From a bacterium (lineage in GTDB: Bacteria > Bacteroidota > Bacteroidia > Bacteroidales > Muribaculaceae), in assembly GCA_004563195.1 (NCBI GenBank), contig SFTJ01000004.1, positions 531-64,530 on the forward strand: a stretch of DNA of 64,000 bases, given 5' to 3'. A program made the translations under genes and the position numbers. Position 1 is the first letter of the stretch. Every line of letters begins with the position of its first letter. The notes under the pieces were generated by a model. The model was not told the DNA's origin. It saw only the letters and a program-made list of their open reading frames with translations, and did no database searches. Positions 56,896 to 64,000 of the stretch are shown piece by piece.

Positions 56896-57052
56896 CAGCC
56901 GCGATTTTTAGGCATCACATTGGCGGTGATGCGGTTATTCGGCAACTTCGTTGCGGTTAAAAGGCGGCGTTGCCGCGGTTATTAGTCATCACTTTGATGG
57001 TGATGCGGTTATATGTTGCGATTATTTTGCGTGCGAAGGTATCCAACCTGAA
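56896..57052 (-). repeat. TAACC-hairpin repeat array, locus 3 (inverted orientation, about 4 units) plus the shared 20-nt module
   Basis: The plus strand reads hairpin-GGTTA units: GGCATCAC-ATTGGC-GGTGATGC-GGTTA, GGCAAC-TTC-GTTGC-GGTTA, GGCGGC-GTT-GCCGC-GGTTA and TCATCAC-TTTGAT-GGTGATGC-GGTTA. They are followed by GCGAAGGTATCCAACCTGAA (57033-57052). Confidence 0.85.
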
Positions 57053-57214
57053 AGGTTGAATGCCGAGGGCTTTAGCCCGAGTGCTCGTAGCCGGGAGTGG
57101 AGCATCAGCGCAACCCCCAGGAATGCCGACCTCCCCAAGAAAAGCGAAGGACGCGAAAGCAGCCGCCGAGGAAGCCGATTTTCACATCATCCGCACGCTG
57201 AATGGTGGATGATA

Positions 57215-58435
57215 TCATTCCGGCGCGGCCCAGAACCAATCGGCATCGCAGGTGGCTTTCTCTACCTTAAAACCGGTGATATTGGCATTCTCGGGCAGCA
57301 AGGTGATGCTGTGGCTGACATTCTGCTCGGTACCGAAGCCATAGTGAGTGCTTATCTCTATGGCATAGAGGTTTTTTGTCATATATTCATCGAGGTAATA
57401 TTCCTTGGTCGACTTGGTTTCGTTGTTCCAATTAGCTTCCTCATTAAGCACATAGGGAAGTCCTGCCAGACGGCGCTCACGCACCTCTTTCACGCCCAGC
57501 AGATTGCCGTTCTCGTCGGTAATCCAGGCATTATGGGTGGGGTCAATCCAAATCCAACGCTTGAGTGTGCGGCTATACACCACATTTATCACATGGCAAT
57601 CACTCTTGTAGTCGCGTGGGAAACAAGTGATAAATCGCGACTTGAAACCCATAGCGAGGAAGCACTCATTGAGCACTGTGGCGAGTCCGCGGCAATTAAG
57701 CCCACGCGAACCGTCGGCACATGCTCGGTCGAGGTCGATGGCATTCATCGCTCCGGGATTGCTGTGCATGCCATCGTGGCGTATGCGATTGTGTATAAAG
57801 GTGAGTATTCGCTTGATTTTTGATATCTCATCGCCACCGGCAGCCACGCTGTCGAGACGGAAATGACGCCGCACCATCTCGAGTCCCGGATTCGAAGCAT
57901 CGGCATAAGTGATGCGAGGCAATGTGTCGCGTCGCTCACTCACTTTATAGGATCCGCCTCGGTGTAGAATATACTCATAGTCGAAATTATCGCGCATATC
58001 GTTCAACAACTGCTCAAAGCGTTTGTCGCCGCGAATGTTAATGAGGTCGTTATCTTGCGCAGCATGCTTATAGTTGTGCCAACCGTTTTCGTAAGCTATC
58101 GACAAACATTCGAGAGCCTTATCTACCTTGTTTTCAAGAGAATACATGCAAGCCGCATCGTAATGCAGATTACCTTTAATGCCTCGATATCCTTCGCTAA
58201 ACTCCGCTTTAAGGCTATCGGGCATACTCTCGTTAAGAGCAATCATATCGGTCATCAGTCGCTCCGCTTCGGCATAGTCTTTCTTGTTGTAGAGGGCTTC
58301 ATTGTATTCGGCATAATGTGATTGTATCTTTTGCCCTATTTGCCCAAGCACTTCCTGCGCCGATTGTGCTTCGGCTCCAAACACCGCTGCCGTTACCATT
58401 ATGGCAGCTATCAGTTTTCGTAACATGGTATTCAT
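57215..58435 (-). CDS. secreted transglutaminase-like cysteine protease-fold protein with N-terminal TPR-like region
   Basis: Start taken at MNTMLRKLIAAIMVTAAVFGAEA (signal peptide). Cys-His-Asp context NCRGLATVLNECF, DCHVINVVY and WIWIDPT. Confidence 0.75.
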   Translation of the reverse strand: MNTMLRKLIAAIMVTAAVFGAEAQSAQEVLGQIGQKIQSHYAEYNEALYNKKDYAEAERLMTDMIALNESMPDSLKAEFSEGYRGIKGNLHYDAACMYSLENKVDKALECLSIAYENGWHNYKHAAQDNDLINIRGDKRFEQLLNDMRDNFDYEYILHRGGSYKVSERRDTLPRITYADASNPGLEMVRRHFRLDSVAAGGDEISKIKRILTFIHNRIRHDGMHSNPGAMNAIDLDRACADGSRGLNCRGLATVLNECFLAMGFKSRFITCFPRDYKSDCHVINVVYSRTLKRWIWIDPTHNAWITDENGNLLGVKEVRERRLAGLPYVLNEEANWNNETKSTKEYYLDEYMTKNLYAIEISTHYGFGTEQNVSHSITLLPENANITGFKVEKATCDADWFWAAPE

Positions 58436-58470
58436 CTTATATATATTAATAAATAAAATATTGTCTCGCA

Positions 58471-59679
58471 CTACTGCTTGTCGTGAAATCGCTGCATAAT
58501 CACGGCGCATGAGGCATCGCCGGTAATCGACATTGTGGTGCGCGCCATGTCTACTATGCGGTCTATTCCGGCGGCTATGGCTACACCCTCTATGGGTATG
58601 CCTGCCGATGCAAACACCATTGCCATCAGCGCCAACGACCCGCCCGGAACGCCCGGCGTACCTATCGAAGCTATTGTTGCCGACATGGCTATGGCAAAAT
58701 ATTGATGCATATTAAGGTCGATGCCGCAACAGGTGGCAATAAACACCGATGTCACGCCCAGATAGATAGCCACGCCGTCCATATTGATGGTGGCACCCAG
58801 CGATAGCACAAAACTGCCCAAATCTTTCTTCACGCCCAGTCGCTCGGAGCACTGCATGGTGTAGGGCAACGTAGCCACCGACGAGTCGCTCGAAAAAGCA
58901 AACAGCATGGCAGGCGCCATCTCGCGAAAAAAGCGTAGCGGACTGATGCGCGCCAGCAGTGCCACGCACACGGCATACACCAGCAGGGCATGCAGCACGA
59001 AGCACAGATAGTCGGCTCCGATAAGCACTGCATACGAGCCCAACACCTTGGGGCCATTCACTGCCACCACGGGCATAAGCATGCAAAACACACCTATGGG
59101 CGACAAAGCGAGTATATAGCTCAATATCCTGGTCACCACGGCATTGAGGCTGAGCACCACATCACGCAGCGGTTTGCCCACCTCGCCCACATGCACTATT
59201 GCCACGCCCACAAGCACTGCTATCACTATCACTTGCATCATGCTCATGGTGAAGATGGGCTCAAGTATATTTTTGGGGAAGAAATTCACTATCTGGTCGA
59301 TAAATGTCACTTGCGCCACCTCAGTGGCTGCGCCATCGCTGCTGATGGTTATGATTGGAAAATAGCCTTTCATCAGCGTGGATATGGTAAGGCCCAGCGC
59401 CACCGCCACCACAGTGGTACACATAAAGTAGAGCAATGCGCGAAAACCCAAGCGGCCCACTTTCTTCACATCTTGCATATCCATTATGCCGCAAATTATG
59501 GAAAACATCACCAGCGGAACCACCACAAATTTCAGCAAATTCAAGAAAATGGTTCCAAATGGCTTAATGTAGGTTTCGGCAAATTCCACATTGCCTTGCA
59601 TGGCATACCCCACCAGGCAAGCAAGCACAAGTGCTATAAGTATCTGCACCGTCAGCGACAATTTCAGCAATCGTTTCAT
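58471..59679 (-). CDS. dicarboxylate/amino acid:cation symporter (DAACS family)
   Basis: 402 aa polytopic protein. AFSSDSSVATLP, the GATINMDG motif and DRIVDMARTTMSITGD. Confidence 0.88.
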   Translation of the reverse strand: MKRLLKLSLTVQILIALVLACLVGYAMQGNVEFAETYIKPFGTIFLNLLKFVVVPLVMFSIICGIMDMQDVKKVGRLGFRALLYFMCTTVVAVALGLTISTLMKGYFPIITISSDGAATEVAQVTFIDQIVNFFPKNILEPIFTMSMMQVIVIAVLVGVAIVHVGEVGKPLRDVVLSLNAVVTRILSYILALSPIGVFCMLMPVVAVNGPKVLGSYAVLIGADYLCFVLHALLVYAVCVALLARISPLRFFREMAPAMLFAFSSDSSVATLPYTMQCSERLGVKKDLGSFVLSLGATINMDGVAIYLGVTSVFIATCCGIDLNMHQYFAIAMSATIASIGTPGVPGGSLALMAMVFASAGIPIEGVAIAAGIDRIVDMARTTMSITGDASCAVIMQRFHDKQ

Positions 59680-59826
59680 TCCTTCTGTTCTGCATTTAGG
59701 CTATGGTTATTTTAATAATGAGTAAACCATAGTGACTCTTCACAAAGTTAACACTATCGACACACTAATTCATCATTATTTAATAAAAAATTCAAGCTCC
59801 TATTCGTGATTTCGACTAATATTTTG

Positions 59827-59834
59827 TAGATTTG
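59827..59834 (+). promoter_or_regulatory. candidate -7 box (TAGATTTG) for the RelA/SpoT gene
   Basis: Matches TAnnTTTG 65 nt upstream of the ATG at 59899. The -33 is imperfect. Confidence 0.3.
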
Positions 59835-59898
59835 TACTTCGTTACCCAAATTCGAGGGAAGATAGATATTATAGGCAACACTAAAACATCAAAACTCT

Positions 59899-62124
59899 AT
59901 GGAAAAGTACGACCTCACACCTCAGCAAGAGGAGGAAATGATAGATAAAGCATATCAAAACCTTCTGAACGGCTATCTTGCAAGCAATCACCGCAAGAAA
60001 GTGGAGATAATAGAGCGGGCGTTCAAATTCGCCAAGTCGGCTCATGCCGGCATACGCCGCCGCTCGGGCGAACCCTACATTATGCACCCCATCGAAGTGG
60101 CTCGCATCGTGAGCCAGGAGATAGGCTTGGGCTCCACTTCCATTTGCTCAGCGCTGCTGCACGATGTAGTGGAGGATACTGAGTACACCGTGGAGGATAT
60201 TGAGGCTCAATTCGGCAAAAAAATAGCCGAAATCACCCAGGGATTGACCAAAATCTCAGGTGGTATCTTTGGCGACAAGGCTTCGGCTCAAGCCGAAAAC
60301 TTCCGCAAACTGCTGCTCACCATGAGCAGCGACATCAGAGTGGTGCTTATTAAGATGGCCGACCGTCTGCACAATATGCGCACCTTGGGCTCCATGCTTC
60401 CAAGCAAGCAATATAAGATTGCCGGCGAAACGCTATATATCTATGCCCCCCTGGCTCACCGCCTCGGCTTGTTTGCCATCAAGACCGAACTCGAGGACTT
60501 GAGCTTCAAATACGAACACCCCGATGTGTACAAACAGATAGCCCAAAAGATAGCCGACAGCGAACAGTCGCGCAACGAATTTTTCGAGCGTTTCTCGGCT
60601 CCTATTCGCGAACGTCTGTCGCGTATGGGTCTTAAATATGAGATGCGTGCCCGCGTGAAGTCGGTCTACTCTATTTGGAACAAGATGGAAACCAAACGCG
60701 TGCCTTTTGAGGAGGTCTACGACCTTTATGCCGCTCGCATTGTGTTCGATTGTCCTAAAGATGCTGAGGAAAAGCATATCTGCTGGAACATCTACAGCGA
60801 AATCACCGACCTCTATCGCTTGCACCCTGAGCGCACTCGCGACTGGATAAGCACGCCTAAAGCCAACGGCTATCGTGCTTTGCACCTCACCGTGATGGGC
60901 CCCGACGGCAACTGGGTGGAAGTGCAAATTCGCAGCCGCCGCATGGACGAACTCGCCGAACGCGGCTTTGCTGCTCACTGGAAATACAAGGTGGGCGAAG
61001 GCGAGGAGGAGAAAGAACTCGGCAAGTGGCTACAAACCATCGAGGATATTCTCAAAAGCCCCGAACCCAATGCGCTCGACTTCCTCGACACCATCAAACT
61101 CAACCTCTTCAGTTCCGAAATCGTGGTGTTTACCCCTAAGGGCGAACTCGTAACGCTGCCCAACGGCGCTTCGGTGCTCGATTTGGCTTATACCCTGCAC
61201 TCCGACCTCGGAAACCACTGCATAGCGGGCAAGGTGAACCACAAACTGGTGCCTCTCTCGCACAAACTCAATAGCGGCGACCAAGCCGAAGTGCTCACTT
61301 CGCAATCGCAGCAACCACAACCCGAGTGGGAGGCATTTCTTGCCACCGCCAAGGGCAAGCAACGCTTGCGCGCTGCCTTGCGCCGCGACCACCGTCACAT
61401 CACTGCCGAAGGCGAAGCCCTCCTCAAGAGCTTCCTCGAAGATAACGGCTTGACCTACAGCAACGAGACGCTAACCAAGATTGTGGCTAACCTCGAACTG
61501 CGCAACAGCAACGAACTCTGCTTTATGGTGGGCAACAACGAACTTGCCCTCAACGACCAGATACTAAAATACGCCAAAAAGAGCAACAACGGCTTGTTCT
61601 CCAAGATTTTCCGCATCGGCTCGAAGCAGAAGGAGGAGAACAACGTCATCAAATTTGAGGGCAAAATCGACCAGAAGGTGGTGTATCAGCTCACCAACAA
61701 CAACGGGGTGCGCAATTACACCACAGCCGACTGCTGTCACCCCATCCCGGGCGACGATGTGGTGGGATTCGTGAACCAGAACAGCATCGTGGAGGTGCAC
61801 AAACTCACTTGCCCGGAGATGATGCGACTCAAGAGCAGCTACGGCAGCCGTTTGCTTCAGACCAAGTGGGAGGACTATTCCACCAAGTTCCTGGCATCGG
61901 TGGAAGTGACGGGCATCGACCGCATGGGCATCTTGCAGGAGATAGTTTACCTCATCTCCACCACGCTTGCCATCAACTTGCGTCGCCTGAATATTGCCGC
62001 CAACGACGGCGTGTTTAAGTGCGAACTCGATGTGCTTGTGAGCGACACCAAGGTGGTGGATCAGCTCTGCCGCCGCATGCGTCAGGTGCAGGGCGTGAAA
62101 AATGCTCTCCGCCTCAACAAATAA
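59899..62124 (+). CDS. bifunctional (p)ppGpp synthetase/hydrolase (RelA/SpoT homologue)
   Basis: 741 aa. HD domain (EPYIMHPIEVA...LHDVVEDT), synthetase domain (YRALHLTVMGPDGNWVEVQIRS) and TGS and ACT regions. Confidence 0.93.
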   Translation: MEKYDLTPQQEEEMIDKAYQNLLNGYLASNHRKKVEIIERAFKFAKSAHAGIRRRSGEPYIMHPIEVARIVSQEIGLGSTSICSALLHDVVEDTEYTVEDIEAQFGKKIAEITQGLTKISGGIFGDKASAQAENFRKLLLTMSSDIRVVLIKMADRLHNMRTLGSMLPSKQYKIAGETLYIYAPLAHRLGLFAIKTELEDLSFKYEHPDVYKQIAQKIADSEQSRNEFFERFSAPIRERLSRMGLKYEMRARVKSVYSIWNKMETKRVPFEEVYDLYAARIVFDCPKDAEEKHICWNIYSEITDLYRLHPERTRDWISTPKANGYRALHLTVMGPDGNWVEVQIRSRRMDELAERGFAAHWKYKVGEGEEEKELGKWLQTIEDILKSPEPNALDFLDTIKLNLFSSEIVVFTPKGELVTLPNGASVLDLAYTLHSDLGNHCIAGKVNHKLVPLSHKLNSGDQAEVLTSQSQQPQPEWEAFLATAKGKQRLRAALRRDHRHITAEGEALLKSFLEDNGLTYSNETLTKIVANLELRNSNELCFMVGNNELALNDQILKYAKKSNNGLFSKIFRIGSKQKEENNVIKFEGKIDQKVVYQLTNNNGVRNYTTADCCHPIPGDDVVGFVNQNSIVEVHKLTCPEMMRLKSSYGSRLLQTKWEDYSTKFLASVEVTGIDRMGILQEIVYLISTTLAINLRRLNIAANDGVFKCELDVLVSDTKVVDQLCRRMRQVQGVKNALRLNK

Positions 62125-62185
62125 AGCCTCTCAAAAGCCGATTTTTTATACCCGTTAACTGTCTTAATCGATAACAATTTGGAGT

Positions 62186-64000
62186 ATGCGAAAAATCAAT
62201 CTGAAAATATCTAAAATCACTGCAATGCAGGTACTCTTGCTGCTATGTGCCATAGCCATAGTGTCGCTCTGCTTGCCTAAGGAGCATAAATTCCACTACT
62301 CCTATCAAATCGACAAACCCTGGGAGTACTCGCTGCTCACCGCTCCGTTCGACATTCCCATCGAACTCGACACTGCCTCGGCTTCGGCTTTGCGCGACAG
62401 CATTGTGCGCAATTTTGTGAATGTATATAGTTTCGACCGCACCGTGTCGTCGAAGCACCTTCAGGCTGTTGCCGCCATCCGCTCGGGCAGCAGCAGCGAA
62501 CGACTCTTCTTCGTAGGACAACTGCGCGAGATTTATCGCCACGGCATAGTGGATAGCGAAACTTTCTCTCGCATACGCAACGGGCATCTTCCCTATGTGC
62601 GACAAGTGGGCGAAGACCACACCATTGTCAACACTCCAACCGGCGATTTTTTCTCGGTGCGCTCGGCCTACGAATACATCGATTCGCTTGCCGCTCGTAA
62701 CAATTATCATCAGTCGGTCTATCTCAAAACCATCAACCGTTACCTCGAACCTAACATCCTCATCGACTCTGTTCGCTCCAACGAGATTTTGCATCAGCAG
62801 TTGCAGAAGGAACTTGCGCCCATAGGCATGATTCAGAAAGGCGAACGAATCATCGACCGTGGCAACGTGGTTACACCTCAAGTGAAATCGGCTATCGACT
62901 ACCTCAAGAAAGAATACACCGACAACAATCTCAACTCCTACGAGAGCAAATACATCACACTGAGCAAGGTGGTGATTATTGCCATCTTGTTTATCATGCT
63001 CTACATCTATCTGGCTGTGTTCCGCCACAATATATTCTACGATTTGCGCAAACTGCTCTTCGTGATGTCGCTGCTAACATGCTTCACTGCCATATTCTTT
63101 ATCGGCGTGAGCCTCGACAATGTGAAGGCGAGCTACATTATGCCGTTTGCCCTCGTTCCCATAGTGATGGCTACGTTCTTCGACTCGAGCACCGCCGTGG
63201 TGGTGCATGTGGTGGAAGTGATGATAGCTTCTATAGTTTCCACCTACTCCACCGACCTTGTGCTCATGCAAATGGTGGTGGGCATCATTGCCATAGCTTC
63301 GCTCCAAGAGATGTCGCGTCGCTCTCAGTTGGCGCGTTGCGCTGCCCTGGTGATGATTAGCTACAGCATCTGCTATCTGGCATTCTTTATGATGGAAAAA
63401 GGCACACTCAATGGCATCAGCAAATATGTGTTTGTCTATTTCCTTATCAATGCCATTTTCCTTTCGTTCTCCAATCTCCTTATCTATGTGCTTGAGAAGA
63501 TGTTCGGATTCACTTCATCGCTCACGCTCATCGAACTCACCGACCTCAATCAGCCGCTGCTCCGACAACTCTCCGAATCGTGCCCCGGCACTTTCCAGCA
63601 CGTTATGCAGGTGTCGAACATCGCAGCCGAGGCTGCTCACCGCATAGGTGCCAACGTGCAACTGGTGCGCGTGGGTGCCATCTATCACGACATAGGCAAA
63701 ATCAAAAGCCCCAATTTCTTCACCGAGAACCAGCGCGGCATCAATCCGCACACCTTGCTCACACCCGAGCAAAGCGCTTCGATAGTGATACGCCACGTCA
63801 CCGACGGTATGGAACTCGCCGAAAAGTCGAAATTGCCTCAAGCCATCAAGGACTTCATTTTGCAGCACCATGGCAGAGGCTTGGCTCGATATTTCTACGC
63901 CCAAGCATGCATGAATGCCGACGGCAAACCTGTGGATGAAGAACCCTTTACCTACCCCGGCCCTAATCCGCAAACTCGCGAAACGGCAATTGTGATGATG
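62186..64000 (+). CDS. 7TM-HDIG membrane phosphohydrolase (YqfF/PgpH family); 3' end cut by the window edge
   Basis: It is missing from the ORF track because there is no stop in the window. ATG at 62186 (MRKINLKISKITAMQVLLLLCAIAIV...), and the frame is open for all 605 codons to nt 64000. HD motif QHVMQVSNIAAEAAHRIGANVQLVRVGAIYHDIGK at about 63600-63710. Confidence 0.85.
   Translation, partial: MRKINLKISKITAMQVLLLLCAIAIVSLCLPKEHKFHYSYQIDKPWEYSLLTAPFDIPIELDTASASALRDSIVRNFVNVYSFDRTVSSKHLQAVAAIRSGSSSERLFFVGQLREIYRHGIVDSETFSRIRNGHLPYVRQVGEDHTIVNTPTGDFFSVRSAYEYIDSLAARNNYHQSVYLKTINRYLEPNILIDSVRSNEILHQQLQKELAPIGMIQKGERIIDRGNVVTPQVKSAIDYLKKEYTDNNLNSYESKYITLSKVVIIAILFIMLYIYLAVFRHNIFYDLRKLLFVMSLLTCFTAIFFIGVSLDNVKASYIMPFALVPIVMATFFDSSTAVVVHVVEVMIASIVSTYSTDLVLMQMVVGIIAIASLQEMSRRSQLARCAALVMISYSICYLAFFMMEKGTLNGISKYVFVYFLINAIFLSFSNLLIYVLEKMFGFTSSLTLIELTDLNQPLLRQLSESCPGTFQHVMQVSNIAAEAAHRIGANVQLVRVGAIYHDIGKIKSPNFFTENQRGINPHTLLTPEQSASIVIRHVTDGMELAEKSKLPQAIKDFILQHHGRGLARYFYAQACMNADGKPVDEEPFTYPGPNPQTRETAIVMM

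Overview
This is a 64-kb chromosomal segment that looks like a Bacteroidales (Bacteroidota) genome. The evidence is a T9SS C-terminal sorting domain, TTTG/TAnnTTTG-type promoter boxes, a fused MurF-Alr gene, a GSCFA gene, and argR-GNAT-argG-argC-argD-proC synteny. I make no call below order level.

I support about 50 protein-coding genes, which are tightly packed and mostly on the minus strand between 2.4 and 33.5 kb. They include:
- Envelope and polysaccharide: a 5'-truncated polysaccharide BY-kinase, a T9SS cargo protein, an outer-membrane beta-barrel protein, and murF-alr.
- Central metabolism: nagB, an acyl-CoA ligase, the arginine operon plus proC, glgB, ansA and menA.
- Nucleic-acid functions: RNase R, ssb, an rRNA m5C methyltransferase, tadA, gyrB and mnmD.
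- Transport: codB.
- Signalling: a RelA/SpoT protein and a 3'-truncated 7TM-HDIG protein.

I found no rRNA, tRNA, CRISPR array, integrase or transposase.

The items most worth follow-up are:
1. A visibly AT-rich five-gene operon (36.2-40.9 kb) with two Stealth-family hexose-1-phosphate transferases, two glycosyltransferases and an LpxL-type acyltransferase, but no export genes.
2. A single 531-aa protein that fuses an ABC-type ATPase to a DUF4435/Toprim-like module (PARIS/OLD-like architecture).
3. A CodB cytosine permease paired with a long, divergent UPRT-fold protein, with no CodA in the window.
4. A dispersed intergenic repeat family made of tandem 'TAACC + mini-hairpin' units at three loci.
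5. A roughly 110-bp tandem repeat carrying a 21-bp-arm hairpin between two divergent operons.
6. A perfect 15-6-15 palindrome laid over a consensus promoter of a ThiF/MoeB-like gene.

All functional calls come from motif recognition by eye. No database searches were run.
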